DNA of 63,264 nt, the filler included, from Basidiobolus ranarum (lineage: Eukaryota): assembly GCA_040143965.1 (NCBI GenBank). It is 57 parts of 57 records of this genome, joined end to end, with 100 filler letters (N's around TTAATTAATTAA, not from the genome) between each part and the next. Parts side by side here need not be neighbours in the genome. Positions count along the whole stretch, not along the records: positions 36,803 to 37,812 come from JASJQH010013709.1; positions 37,913 to 38,922 come from JASJQH010013710.1; positions 39,023 to 40,031 come from JASJQH010013711.1; positions 40,132 to 41,140 come from JASJQH010013712.1; positions 41,241 to 42,248 come from JASJQH010013713.1; positions 42,349 to 43,356 come from JASJQH010013714.1; positions 43,457 to 44,464 come from JASJQH010013715.1; positions 44,565 to 45,572 come from JASJQH010013716.1; 49 more parts are not named here. One strand, 5' to 3'. The notes beneath the pieces were generated by a model, which saw nothing but the letters and a program-made list of their open reading frames with translations, was not told the DNA's origin and did not search any database. Shown piece after piece: positions 36,973 to 51,001 of this stretch. Position 1 is the first letter of the stretch; the number at the start of each line of letters is the position of its first letter. A program made the position numbers and the translations under genes.

Positions 36973-37812
36973 TGTAACAGCCTCTAGTATTCTCTCTTGA
37001 GCTTCCTCTTCAAAGTTCTCATAAGTGGTGATGAAAATAAGAGGTGATCACAAGTAGTAATTGTTAGTTGAAAACCAGGAAGATTTTTATTGGAAAAGAT
37101 ATGGCTACTACATATACTTTTCTGATGGTAGAAATGATTACTAATGAGAATTACCAGAAAGTTCCAGAGAATTCTATTGGCGGGGATCTGGGGCTATGAT
37201 TTCATCATAAGTCATATGATTAGTAATTGATGGAATGTTCTAGAAGGATGTTGAATAATCCACAAAGTCATGAAATTTTCTGGCAAAATCAAGTTTTGAC
37301 TGGTCAAAACTCAATCAATGAGCAAATATTCCCAGAATTTTGTGGAATGTTCTGGAAGATTGTAGAATTTTTCAGAAAAAAATAGGGCTTATGTGGGTTA
37401 ATACTGATAAATCTCAAATAATTGGGGATAATACTGATGGTGTGATATGATTGGCTAGAGAATATGGGTAAGTCAAAGATAGATAATAAAATAGAAATTG
37501 AGCAATAGTAAAGATATGAGCTCAAAGTGGAAATAAGTCAACCTGCCAGTGGGTAGCAACATTACCCCACTGTATCCACCCCTATCAGAATATTGAACAC
37601 AAGTGAAAAACCAAACTCAGCAGGTTAAGCCATTTCCTCTAGTCTTGAATTACTTGAGTTGGTTAGCTGCAACTTGTAGTCTTAGTTCTGTTACATCTAG
37701 TTCTGCTGTGTAATAGCTTCCATTACCTACAACTTTAACAATTTTGTATGGGCCTCTCCATTGGTTGTCAAACTTCCTGCTCCATTGTTTGTCCAGAGTG
37801 GATACATATTCC
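36973..37812 (-). mobile_element. Second gypsy lineage: integrase C-terminus, PPT and complete ~589-bp 3' LTR (37561-36973)
   Basis: RKFDNQWRGPYKI..GSY..AELD..VAA. A G-rich tract precedes TGTTGC...GTTACA. Confidence 0.75.
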
Positions 37813-39022
37813 NNNNNNNNNNNNNNNNNNNNNNNNNNNNNNNNNNNNNNNNNNNNTTAATTAATTAANNNNNNNNNNNNNNNNNNNNNNNNNNNNNNNN
37901 NNNNNNNNNNNNTACTCCTCAAGCACTTTGACTATTTTTGTACATCCTTGTAGTGTGACACTACTGAGGGTGCTTTGCAGTGTTTGTGCGGCTTTTTGCT
38001 TGCCTTTAACTTTGGGCTAATTTCAACACTTTGAAAAGTACCAGTTGAGGTTGGAGAGCCATGAGTTTTATTTGCTGGTGTTTTGGCATGTTGAGAGGTG
38101 CCAGGTGTTGGATAAACTTCCAAATTTAGCACTCTTCCAACTGGTGTATCTGGTTCCATGGTGAAATTAAGCTTTTTTGCTGGCATATCTGACTCAGAAA
38201 ATGCAGATCATTGTAATGGTGTGAGGAATTTGGTAAGTGGAACAGTAGGGCCTAAACACACTGGCTCCTTTGCTTTTCCCTTGGGTTTACTAATTACCTG
38301 CTCCTTGAGTACTTCTTTAGTTGCTTTTCTCTCTTTGCCAAGTCAATAATTGTGTATTTTTTTAATATGTTTCATGAATAGGCCTATAATTGACTAATTG
38401 CCATTTGCTTATAAAAACCCAGGATAAGCAACATGAAATAAGTCAAGAACCCTCCAAGTAATACATGGGCTCCCATCAATACCCACTGATCCAGGCTGGT
38501 ACTCAACTGTAAAGACTTGAAGTATTAGATTTGTATATATTCAAATGGAATCTTAAAACCTATGTTTTATTGTCCTGAAGTGAAGAAAACTTGTCAGATA
38601 TTGCTTTTGTCCACAGCATCAATTGCAGACACTTCACAGCTTAATTTAGAGTCTGCCACTTGTCCCTGAATGCTGCATAAGCATGTACATCTTCATAGGA
38701 AGTGTTCTTTCTTCTAAAATCTACTTCTCATGCCACAACACAAACATTTAAAGAAGCCCTGCTTTATTGTGACAAATTCTGGTGCTATGAAAGCTGAAGG
38801 CTTCATAGAAAAAATAATCACATGCATGGTCACTGTACAAAGCTGCCAGCTGCTTAAAGCCTGGTGTATAACAACAGTAATAAGTGCACTAAACAACTTT
38901 AGTTTTGCCCATTGAGCCCACTNNNNNNNNNNNNNNNNNNNNNNNNNNNNNNNNNNNNNNNNNNNNTTAATTAATTAANNNNNNNNNNNNNNNNNNNNNN
39001 NNNNNNNNNNNNNNNNNNNNNN

Positions 39023-40031
39023 TGCTGCAATGGCAGAGGAGTATCAGTCACTCATAGATAACCAAACTTGGACTTTGGTTAAGTTACCTGATGACCAAAA
39101 ATCAATTGGATGCAAATGGGTGTTTAAAGTTAAACAGCAAGCTGATGGATATGTAGAAAGATTTAAAGCCAGACTTGTGGCAAAAGAATACTCTCAAATG
39201 GAAGGAGTGGACTACAATGAAACATTTGCTCTTGTAGCAAAGTTTGATTCCATCAGAACCATGCTAGCAGTAGCAGCAAAGCACAGCTTAAAAATCCATC
39301 AAATCAATCTTAAAACTGCTTTTTTGAATGAGGACTTGGAAGAGGATATATTCAACAATCAACCAGCTGATTTTGTGGATCCTGAGCACCCTGAGGATGT
39401 GTGTAAGCTTCAAAAATCACTTTATGAACTTAAAGAATCACCTTGGGCCTGGTACACTAAGATAGACACATACTCGGAATCACTTGATTTCCAAAAGAGT
39501 ATGGTGGATTTTAGGATCTACTTTAGACAGATAAGGACAGTATGGTGATCCTTGCCTAATATGTAAATGATTGGTTTATAGCTCCCAACAATGATGAAGC
39601 TCTCAGGAACACCAAAAGAGATCTATCAGTCCAACTCATGATGATCAATATATGTAAACTTATATATTTTGTAGGTCTGCAGATCCATATAGATATCTTG
39701 AGCAAATCTATCACTCTGTATCAATCTAAATACAACTAAGACATTCTCAGACATTACAGGATGGAAATTTGTAAGCCAGTAACAGCTCCCATAGATCCAG
39801 GTGTGAAACTAGTCAAAAATCCTGTCAAAGATGATGAAAAGTAGCCAAATATGGCTCAAAATATATCATTTGAAAGCCTTGAGTTCCCTTATCAATATAT
39901 GGTAGATAATTAGATCTATGCTATTACTGGAACCTGGCTGGATATCTCTTTTGTGGTGGGAGTAGTCAGCCAACATGTGCAAAACCCAGAATCTGAGCAT
40001 TATGCAGCAGTTAAGCAGATTTTCAGATATT
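39023..40031 (+). mobile_element. Copia RT (family 2)
   Basis: CKWVFKVK..FKARLVAK..KTAFLN..KSLY.LK. Confidence 0.93.
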
Positions 40032-40149
40032 NNNNNNNNNNNNNNNNNNNNNNNNNNNNNNNNNNNNNNNNNNNNTTAATTAATTAANNNNNNNNNNNNN
40101 NNNNNNNNNNNNNNNNNNNNNNNNNNNNNNNTCAGAACTGCTACAAACT

Positions 40150-41140
40150 TGTTAAAGTATTTGGGAGCCTGTTGGAAGTGGTTTGAAGAATTAGAGAAAT
40201 TGAAGGTTTTCACTTATTGACATATTGGGTATTCAGTTGACATTTATAGTTTTGTCCAGATGTAAACAAACTAACATGTAGAATATGTTACAGAAGATCC
40301 CAGGAACATTTGTGCCAAGTTTGAGGCTTCTAGCACAAGTTTGAAAAATCTATATATCTGAGAACTTCTAAGTTGGTAAAAATATTCCAAGTAAATTCCA
40401 ATTGAGAATAATAGATTCCATCCAAGTGAAGTATAAGATACCTAAGTACTAAGCTATATATGACTATATAGGTGTTTAGGCAATGCTAATTTCCACACTC
40501 TCCCTCAACTAAATTGTCATATAAACTAATCCTAATAAAGGTCTAAATTTCTCAAATTTCTGTCTAGCTAATGGTTTGGTTAATATATCAGCAATCATGT
40601 CTCTGTAGTGCAATGAGTTAAGTCAATAAACTTATTCTCTACAGTCTCTCTAATGAAGTGATACTTAATATCTATATGTTTGCTTCTATTTTGAAACTTG
40701 GTATTTTTAGCTAATGTGATACAACTTTGATTATCTTGAAATATTGTAGTTGGTGAATTTTGAGAATTATCCAAATCTGTCAAGAGTTTTCTTAACCATA
40801 TTGCTTCTTTTGTTGCTTCACAGGCAGCCATGTATTCTGCTTCTGTTGTTGAAAGTGCTATAGTGGGTTGTTTCTTTGAATTCCAAGAAATAGCTCCATT
40901 ACAGCAAAGAAATCAGTATCCTGTTGTTGATCTCCTGTCTTCAATATCTCTTCCCCAATTTGCATCTGAATACCCCATCAGAACAAAGTTTGATCCAGAA
41001 TATGTGTATTTTAAGCATAGATCCACAGTACCTTTTAAATATCTGAAAATCCACTTAACTGCTATGATTCAATCAGATCTATAATTTTGAAGATATTGGC
41101 ACATAACTCCCACAGAATATGCAATATCTGTCCATGTTCC
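40150..41140 (-). mobile_element. Copia RT/RNase H, PPT and 3' LTR-A (40150-40497)
   Basis: RSKHIDIKYHFIRE motif; same layout as 192-1020. Confidence 0.92.
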
Positions 41141-41240
41141 NNNNNNNNNNNNNNNNNNNNNNNNNNNNNNNNNNNNNNNNNNNNTTAATTAATTAANNNN
41201 NNNNNNNNNNNNNNNNNNNNNNNNNNNNNNNNNNNNNNNN

Positions 41241-42248
41241 CTATATAAGCCCCATGTATTCCTTGATCAGACCTCAGTCTGATCAATGCCAGTTATCAAT
41301 AAAGATTCTTGCCAAAGTATCTTTCTTTTCCAGTCTTGTCTTGTCTTGTAGTCTACATCCACTTACTTTCCTGCCTTCTAGCCTCTTGTTGTTGTTCTCA
41401 GTCCTTGTCCAGTTCCTTATTGTGACAACTAGTGCATCTTTGTTCAAGACCCTGCTGGCTGAGTTTACAGTTGTTTTTGATTGGATACACCCTTTTTATC
41501 TGATCATTCTCAAAGGATGCTGAAGCAAGTATATTCCTTTGTCAGGTGCCAGTATATTATTCAACAGAATGCTGGACATTGCATTGTGGTTTGTCAGTCC
41601 ATAGACATTTCTAGAGGCTTAATTCTCTTTCACAAAGACCCAAGAGGCAAGAGACAGACCCATATTACAGTACATCCCAGAGTTATTCAACTGTGGTTAT
41701 TGCACCCTCTGGACACCTCACAGAACCCCTAGGATATTGCAGTTACAGTTGCTGCTTACACCCAAAACAACTACAACATTCATATGTATGGTATGGGATT
41801 GATTTAAATCCCATATGAGAATGGACAGAGGGAGTAGCATGTTGCTGTAGCTCAAGTATAGCATTCTGAAGGTCTTGTATCATTGCTGAGTGACTCTCTA
41901 ACTGTTGACTACTTGCTTCCAAACACTGCATTAATTGCAATATTGCAGCATTATTGCTTGTCATGGCCTGTATAGCAGCTTTATAGTTTTTACTTATGAT
42001 GGCATACTGTCACAATAAGGAACTAGACAAGGACTGGTAACAACAACAAGAGGCTAGAAGGCAGGAGAGTACTTGGGTGTAAATCACAAGACAAGACAAG
42101 ACTGGACAAGGAAGAAACTTTGGCAAGAATCTTTATTGATAACTGGCGTTGATCAGACTGAGGTCTGATCAAGGAACACATGGTGCTTATATAGATATTG
42201 CAAGGTAAAACATAATATACTGAATAGGGAATATACTGTGGCAAGTTC
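41241..42248. mobile_element. Two convergent LTR-D ends (41427, 42008) around chromovirus leader and a family-Y fragment
   Basis: TTGTGACA at 41427 and TGTCACAA at 42008. Confidence 0.8.
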
Positions 42249-42499
42249 NNNNNNNNNNNNNNNNNNNNNNNNNNNNNNNNNNNNNNNNNNNNTTAATTAA
42301 TTAANNNNNNNNNNNNNNNNNNNNNNNNNNNNNNNNNNNNNNNNNNNNAGGGATAAAGTTTTAATTTTAATCAAAATGGCTGTACAATCAGGGATCATGA
42401 AGAGATTTAGGTAGCTTATGGAGCTAAGCAAAATAACTTTTATAAACTTCATTATATTAGGCCAATATATGAACAAGTTAATACTGCCACAGCTGAAGA

Positions 42500-43356
42500 G
42501 ATAGACTGGAAAATCTTGCATAGGAGATTGGTTCATCTAGGAGCTGAAAATATGAGAAATTTAATCAAAAACAAGATGGTTTTGGAACTAAATTTTGTAA
42601 TTCCACCAGATCTGGAGCTATATAAAGGTTGCCTATATGGTAGGCAACACAGACAGCTGTTTGTGGGCTCTGGAATGAGCAAAATTGATCAAAAATTGGG
42701 CCTGATACACTCAGGTCTGTGTGGCCCAATGCAGACAAAATCCTTAGGCAGAAAAAGGTATTTTATGACCTTTATTGATGATAAGACATAGTATACTTGG
42801 GTGTACTTTCTGGCCAGTAAGGTTGAAGCCTTTGATACCTTCAAGAAATTCAAAGCAATGGTGGAAACTGAAACAGGTCAAAGATCAAGATTTTCTGTAC
42901 TGATAATGGAGCCCTAACAGAAATTTGAGGATTGTTATTGTAGAAAAACCATCAGAATTTTAATCCATTTGGGACTGACCATTTACTTACCATCTTGAAA
43001 TCATCAAGTTAGTTGTGATTTTAATCAATTTTTTTGGTTTCAGGAGTGAAATTTCAACATCTTGCAAAATAGTTGCCCATGATTGGCTACAATCTCAGAG
43101 AACTATGGATCAACACATGTGCAAAAAACGTAACTCAAATTTTACACAATTACCATTTGAATGCTAATTTGTCACCTTTGAAATCCCTAGTCTCTTTGAT
43201 ATATTCTCCTGAATATTTTTATAGAATTCTTCATATCAAAGGTTTAGCCCATACTCAACACAAGTTTGTATCAATATCTCCATCAAAGCCCATCATTGTA
43301 TTAACATTGCTGAATCAACATTCTTCCAGCTATCTGGCAGATTCCTTGCAATATTC
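42500..43356 (+). mobile_element. Copia integrase (fourth family) interrupted at DNG by CACTA terminus A (42912)
   Basis: HRRL.H..C.YGRQ..LIHS.LCGPM..FIDDKT; CCCTAACAG at 42912. Confidence 0.85.
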
Positions 43357-43456
43357 NNNNNNNNNNNNNNNNNNNNNNNNNNNNNNNNNNNNNNNNNNNN
43401 TTAATTAATTAANNNNNNNNNNNNNNNNNNNNNNNNNNNNNNNNNNNNNNNNNNNN

Positions 43457-44464
43457 TTTCATGTGAGGGCCATTCAGGGTATCTTTTACAGTCTGGGGCT
43501 CATGTATTTGAGCTGTGCAGGCATAGGCCCAATTTTGGGACTCATTGATATAGTAATCAGGGCTATTTCTGATCCAATTTGATCTCCTGGTTTGGGATAA
43601 AGGTACTACAACTTCTGGCATTGTATTGGGCACTTCAGTAGGCAAAATTTTGGTTGAAGGGTCCACAGGAATGCTATTTTCTTCATTGTTTTGGTTTGAA
43701 TCAATTTGATTGATTGGATCAGGAGAAAATTGATTTTCATCATCATCTGAGTTCATTTTGGGTAAACATTTTTCATTTTCATTAAACAAAACATCCCTGG
43801 ACTTGATTAGCTTGAAATTTTGGTATCATAGAGTCTGTAGGCTTTAGTTTGAGTACAATAACCCAGAAATATGCATTTCTTACTTTTTGGATCAAATTTA
43901 GACCACTTTTTGGTCATAATGTTGACATAAGCAATGCATCCCATGATCCTCAAATGCTTTACATCAGGTTTGACTCCAAACCAAGCTTGATATGGTGTAG
44001 AGTTAGACAGACTTCTAGTAAAACTCCTATTCTTCAGATATACAGCTGTAGCAACAGATTCCACCCAAAAGTTATGAGATAAATTTTGTGCATTTATCAT
44101 AGATCTTGCCATTTCTATTATAGTCCTGTTAGCTCTTTCAGCAACTGCATTTTGTTGAGGTGAATAGGGGGCAGTAGGTTCTTGCTTAATTCCTTGAACT
44201 TTACAAAAGTGCTTAAATAATGTTGAAGTATATTCTCCACCATTATCAGCATGTTTTTTCTTGATTTTAGTTCCAGTTTCAGTCTCCACAAGTGTTTTAA
44301 AGTCTCTAAAGATTGAGAGAGCTTCTTCTTTTCTTTCCATAAAGTAGACCCAAGTGTATCTAGTGTAATCACCAACAAATGTGATTGAATATCTTTTTCC
44401 ACTTAAAGATAAATTTTGCATAGGTCCACACAAATCTGAATGAATTAGATCCAATTTGTTGACA
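43457..44464 (-). mobile_element. Copia family 1 integrase
   Basis: LIHSDLCGPM..DNGGEY..QQNAVAERANRT..SKKCIFLGY. Confidence 0.93.
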
Positions 44465-44564
44465 NNNNNNNNNNNNNNNNNNNNNNNNNNNNNNNNNNNN
44501 NNNNNNNNTTAATTAATTAANNNNNNNNNNNNNNNNNNNNNNNNNNNNNNNNNNNNNNNNNNNN

Positions 44565-45572
44565 GACTAGTTGTTTCCAAATGCTGCATTAATTGCAATA
44601 TTGTGGCATTATTGCTTGTCATGGCCTATATAGCAACTTCATAGTTTTACTTATGATTGCATTCCAATCATTACGGTGTTCTGCCTGCAATTCCCTTGTT
44701 GTAATAATTCCATCCATGTTTCTATAGTTGGCAAAGTAGCCATTTTAGAAGTTGATGGTATTAATAGTATTTCTATTGCACTTTGCTCAACTATTGATTT
44801 ACTATGTAATTGAAGGATTGCAATCCATTCTCTTGCACTATTACTTGGAAGGAACACATCTGGTAAATTGATCAATGCTTCATCCTTATTTGAGTGTGTT
44901 TCCAGCATGTTAATGCCTTCTGAAGTGGATAGTGTATTGCATGACTGCTCATCAATGAAGTACTATGTTCTTGCTAGTTATTTTCCTTTTGTGCCAGCAG
45001 GCTTTTGCTTGGAAGCCAATTTTGATTTTGATTTTGAACACTTTTTGAATAGCATTGAAATTTAGATAGTAAACTTGGTGTAGTGAAATTGCTTAGAAGC
45101 AGCTTATAATAAACCAAAATTGCCATGCAATACTGGAAATATCTTGTAATCCACTTGATGACTCATCTGTGAAACCATCTCAGAATCAGCTGATGATATT
45201 GATGGGCTGTACCTAAAAAACCACCCTTACATAGGAGGTGCTTGCTTTTTTATAATATCCTTTTCATGCCACTACACAAATGTTCAAAGAAGCCCCGGCA
45301 TTATTGTCACAAATTCTTGTGCTCTGAAAGCCAGAGGCATCATAGAAAAAATAATCACAAGCACAGTCACTGTAAAAAGCCAGGTGAATAGCAACAGTAA
45401 TAAATGCACAAGATCAACTTTAGTTTTGCCCACTGAGTCCACTGGCTGTGCTCTGCCTCAAAGCTTTGGTAACACTGCCAAAAGTCAAGATACTGTGAAG
45501 TTACCACAGTTATATCACCAGAATGATGTAGGTTGAAATGCAACTTTGGTTGAACCAGTAAGTCCAGACAAC
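44565..45572 (-). pseudogene. Family-Y 5' half and upstream region, decayed
   Basis: Colinear with 50495-51107. The upstream region recurs at 38690-38922 and 53420-53760. Confidence 0.7.
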
Positions 45573-45672
45573 NNNNNNNNNNNNNNNNNNNNNNNNNNNN
45601 NNNNNNNNNNNNNNNNTTAATTAATTAANNNNNNNNNNNNNNNNNNNNNNNNNNNNNNNNNNNNNNNNNNNN

Positions 45673-46679
45673 GTGAAACACTGAGCATAGTATGTGCTTC
45701 AGGCCAGATAAGGCATACCTAGTTTTATTAGCCTTACATATGGATAATCTTATGATAGTAACAAATGACTTGAAGACTTTGGAGAAAACCTAATCCGGCA
45801 TATCTGCCGAATTCAAAATGATTGATCTTGATGAACTGATGTACTATGTTGGAATCCAAATCAAGATAGATAGAACTACCAAAACAATAACTTTAAACTA
45901 GTCTAAGTCTATCCTAGATATACCAAAGAAGCTTAAAGTGGAAGAATGTAATCCAGTATTAACCCTAATAGAAACAAATCTGAACTTGTTTAAAAATAGC
46001 TCAAATCAGACATTCTTGATTCAAATAAAAGCTTGGAATTTCCTTATTAATCTATGGTTGTTAGTTTGAGGTATATTTTGATTGAAACATGGCCATATAT
46101 TGCATGTTCTGTGGGAGTTTTGTGCCAATCTCTTCAAAATTAAGGATATGAACAAAGTAAAGTAGTTAAGCAAATATTCAGATATTTCAAATGTACTGTG
46201 GATCTGTGCTTAAAATGCACTTATTCTTAATAAACTTTGACCTGATGGGATATTCAGATCCAAATTAGGGAAGAGATATGTAAGACAGGAGATTTACTAC
46301 AGGATATATATTTTTTTGTTATAATGGAGCTGTTTCTTGGTATTCAAAGAATCACCCTACCATAGCACTTTCAAAAACAGAAGCAGAATACATGGATGCT
46401 TGTGAAGCAACAAAAGAATCAGTATGGGTAAGGAAACTCTGAACTGATTTGTGATATTGTCAAATCACACCAACTAAAATATTTCAAGATAATCGAAGTT
46501 GAATCAAATTGCCTAAAAGTCCCATGTTTCATAATAGAAGCAAGCATATAGATATTAAGCATCACTTCATTAGAGAGATTATAGAGAATAAGTTTAGTGA
46601 CTAAATGTATTGTTCTACAGAAGACATGATTGCTGATATATTAACCAGACCATTAGCTAGACAGAAATTTAAGAAATGT
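45673..46679 (+). mobile_element. Copia RT/RNase H, heavily decayed
   Basis: Colinear with 59058-59841, with many stops. Confidence 0.88.
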
Positions 46680-46779
46680 NNNNNNNNNNNNNNNNNNNNN
46701 NNNNNNNNNNNNNNNNNNNNNNNTTAATTAATTAANNNNNNNNNNNNNNNNNNNNNNNNNNNNNNNNNNNNNNNNNNNN

Positions 46780-47786
46780 GTATAATGAGCTATCTTTGGG
46801 GCAATTTGGACGAGTTTGAAATTTCCAATATGGAATTGCTAATTCTCACATTATTCACATATATATTTAATATATGTTCCGATTTTCAGCTAAGTGCTAT
46901 TTGACTAAGTAATCTTAACTAACTTATATATGATATATGAAATAGTTAGGTGTATAAAGATAGAGATAATAAATATGATAAAGACAATAAACTTCAACAC
47001 TTTGTTGGCAGGTTAATACACTCTGGAGTCTCCTTATCCCATTGCATTACATCCATTACTGATTTTGCTGATATATTGTTAATCAGATTAGCATATGGTA
47101 AAACTGACAATTTCACACAGAGCATCATTTCACAGCAGGTGTGCTCCATTGGGAACTCCCAGAATGTATATCAAGGGCCTATAATCTCTAAGCATTGTGA
47201 AAGATGTAGCAGGGAAAGTATTGAATACTGGCATAGATTCAGTCTATCTGCTTTAAACCTGTAATAAAGTTTTTCATATCCCATTACAAAATCTTTGCAC
47301 AGTCACTGTATCTGCCTGAGGTCTGCCAATGTGAGTTGATGCCATCAGAATATATTAATAATATTGACAAACAACTCCCAATGTTGCCAATACTTATCAG
47401 GCAGAATTCTTTTCAAAATTCCACTTGAATATATACAAGTCCAATACATCCAGTCTCTCCATTTGAATAAACACCTAGATGAGTGGATATTGATGGGACT
47501 CTAACAGAAACTTGAGGATTGTTATTGTAGGAAAACTGTCACAATTTTAATCCATTTGGGATTGACCATTTACTTACCGTCATAAAATTGTCAAGTTAGA
47601 TTTGATTTTAATCAATTTTTTCAGTTTCAGAAGTGAAATTTCAAGATCTTGCAAAATAGTTGCAAATGATTGGCTAAAATCTCAGAGAACTATGGATCAA
47701 CACATGTGCAAAAAACATAACTCAAATTTTACACAATTACCACTTGAACGCTAATTTGTCACCTTCAAAATCCCTAGTCTCTTTGA
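46780..47786. mobile_element. LTR-E end (to 46999), CACTA transposase (minus) and terminus A (47499)
   Basis: Matches to other copies in the window. Confidence 0.8.
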
Positions 47787-47886
47787 NNNNNNNNNNNNNN
47801 NNNNNNNNNNNNNNNNNNNNNNNNNNNNNNTTAATTAATTAANNNNNNNNNNNNNNNNNNNNNNNNNNNNNNNNNNNNNNNNNNNN

Positions 47887-48893
47887 AAGATTTCTGCCTG
47901 ATAAGTATTGGCAACATTGGGAGTTGTTTGTGGATATTGTTAATGTATTCTTACGGCATCAACTCACATTGGCAGATCTCAGGCAGATACAGCAACTATG
48001 CAAAGATTTTGTAATTGGATATGAAAAACTTTATTACAGGTCTAAACAAGATACACCAAATCTATGCTGGTATTCAATACATTGCCTGCCACATCTTTTG
48101 CAATGCTTAGAGATTATAGGCCCTTGCTATACATTCTGGGAGTTCCCAGTGGAATGCACCTGTGATGAAATGATGGTCCATGTGAAATTGTCAGTATTAA
48201 TGTATGCTTATCTGATTAACAATGTATCAGCAAAATCAGTGATGGATGTAAGGCAATGAGTTAAGGAGACTCTGGAGTATATTAACCTGACAACAAAGAG
48301 CTCTTTTCTATGTTCTCATAGATTTTAGCATTGTTTGATCACAATAACAGCAACAAAGCCCATTCCATGGAAACAGAGTAAGTACCTCTAAGATTGGACT
48401 AACTTGCTTGTGTGATAATCTGATGGTATTTTTAGGAAAGCTGCAAGACAGACTTCTTGGTGAGATAGATCAAGATACGCAGTATTATTGTTTTAGCCAT
48501 GGGGTAATCTATTCCAGCAATGACACAGCTACTTGTGGCAGGACATTTGTTGACTGCAAGTTGGGGTTATATTGCCTGAATCTTTTACAAAAATTTGCCA
48601 AAATCCAGGAACTTATTCTCATTGTTAATGGTAACAAGAGTCAGCTATTTGCCAAGTGTCAGTGCTATTCAAAATCTTAGATATTTAGCAATTTTTCTGC
48701 CATTAGTTAGCTGGTAAATCATATTGATTTTGTTGAGTTATGTCTAATCAGTCAAGTGTGTGCATATGTAGAGACTAAACACAACAAGATTCTTGTATTT
48801 TTTGATTCTCATTATGGCTGGAATACAAAGCCTAAAATATCTAAATAAAGGCATGCTTATTAATTCAAATTCCTACAGCAGTAAACCCAGTAA
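47887..48893 (+). mobile_element. CACTA transposase C-terminal half
   Basis: SIHCLPHL..LEIIGPCYTFWEFPVE. Confidence 0.88.
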
Positions 48894-48993
48894 NNNNNNN
48901 NNNNNNNNNNNNNNNNNNNNNNNNNNNNNNNNNNNNNTTAATTAATTAANNNNNNNNNNNNNNNNNNNNNNNNNNNNNNNNNNNNNNNNNNNN

Positions 48994-50000
48994 GAGGTAA
49001 GCTTATATCACTTGCACATGAAAGTGTACAAAAACTAATTGGCAGATTTCTCTCATTAGCCACTACTCAACACTTATTTGCCAACATTCTATTTTTTATA
49101 TCCGCTTCCAGTGCATCTTACTACTTTTACAAGGCGTCTACTACAAATCCTGGTTACCTCACAGCAAACACATCTTTTGACAAGGGGAAAGAAGTATAAT
49201 CCACTTGCGCTTTGTTTATCAGCAACCCGAGCCCAATTAACAACCTTTAATATAGATCGTTCTTCAATTAGCTAGCACTAATCAATTAGATGCCCGTAAC
49301 TTTTGCATTACCTGTCTTGTAAGTATCTATTGAATTTCAGATAACTCAATCAAAGTTCTGTACTGAATACATCGGTTGCCACTTCAGATTCGCAAGCCGA
49401 TTCGATCCAAACATTGTAAAATGTGCAACCGATGTGTTGCCAAGTTTGATCAGTAAGTGGAAATCCGACAATTCTCCAGCTCAAGAAACATGCTAATAGG
49501 CCATCATTTATTATAGTCACTGTCCATGGACTAACAACTGTGTTGGTGTTAACAACCACCTCTATTTTGTGGCATATTTATACACCATGATTGCAGGGAT
49601 CCTTCTTTACGTCTATTTGAGCTACTGCTGTAAGTATCTCACTTGGAAAAACAATTATATATTTATGTTATTTAACCAACTTTCCATCTTATTAGATTTG
49701 GATTTCTCAGCACCGATCTACGAGCCCATCCTCTCACAACCTTGCTTCTTAGGAGATCAAGTCTGTGGATATTTCCAGTACGATTCATGGACTTCGGTCA
49801 TGACCATCTGGGTGATGCTCAATTGTAGTTGGGCCACTTTCCTATCAATACTTCAGAGTTATCAAATCGCCATAGCCATCACTACAAATGAGAGCTTTAA
49901 TTCACACCGGTACAGCTATTTAGCCGCACCCATTCCCTCGATGACCACTGAAGTGACTGGGCATAGCCATCGCAATCGCCGAATTAACCCCAACCATAAT
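48994..50000 (+). CDS. AKR1: DHHC palmitoyltransferase, Akr1-like, internal spliced fragment
   Basis: Exons give NPGY..|IVLQL..[51 protein letters not shown]. GT-AG introns at 49194-49255, 49319-49387, 49453-49516 and 49630-49695. The DHHC family call is firm; the Akr1 subfamily is inferred. Confidence 0.85.
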
Positions 50001-50100
50001 NNNNNNNNNNNNNNNNNNNNNNNNNNNNNNNNNNNNNNNNNNNNTTAATTAATTAANNNNNNNNNNNNNNNNNNNNNNNNNNNNNNNNNNNNNNNNNNNN

Positions 50101-51001
50101 CAAGAACCTTCAGAATAACGCCTGGCTTTTGGTTTTTCCACAATTGACTCAAATCCAGATGATTTTCGGCAAGATTCTGCACAGTTTCCAAAATGTTAAA
50201 CCACTCATCATCAGAGCAAGTGACAGCAGCTCTGACATTCAGAGTCTTTTGGTTTGCCGGTTTTCCTATGAGATTTCTACTTTCATGTGCCCAAGCAATT
50301 TCGGGTCGTTGTGTAGGCTTAATGGTCCGACACATATTCTGCTCTGCTAGATTGTCACGGTGACGTTCATATGTATGGTGTGGGATTGACTGAAATCCCA
50401 TATGAGAATGGACGGAGGGAGCAGCATGTTGCTGTAGCTCAAGAACCGCATTCTGAAGGTCTTGTATCATTGTTGAGTGACTCTCTAACTGTTGACTAGT
50501 TGCTTCCAAACGCTGCATTAATTGCAATATTGCAGCGTTATTGCTTGTCATGGCCTGTATAGCAACTTCATAGTTTTTACTTATGATTGCATACAAATCA
50601 TTACGGTGTTCTGCCTGCGATTCCCTTATTGTAATAATTCTATCCAAATTTTCTACGGAGGGTTGTTCAATAGTGGGCAAAGTAGCCATTTTGGAAGTAG
50701 ATGGTCTTGATGGTGTTTTGGTTGAACTTTGCTCAACTATTGATTTACTACGTAATTGGGGGATTACAATCTCTTCACTTGCACTATTGCTGGAAAGGAA
50801 CACATCTGGTAAATTGATTAATGCTTCATCATTACTTGAGTTAGTTTCCGGCATGTTAATGCCTTCCAAAGTGGATAGTGGATTGCTAGACTGCTCATCA
50901 ATTAAGTCCTCTGTTCTTGCTGGTTTTTTTCCTTTCATGCCAGCAGGCTTTGGCTTGGAAGCCAATTTTGACTTAGATTTTGAACGCTTTTTGAATGGCA
51001 T
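50101..51001 (-). CDS. Open copy of unknown family Y (basic N-terminus, coiled coil), 3' truncated
   Basis: About 300 uninterrupted codons starting MPFKKRSKSKSK; retains CpGs lost in other copies. Confidence 0.7.
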
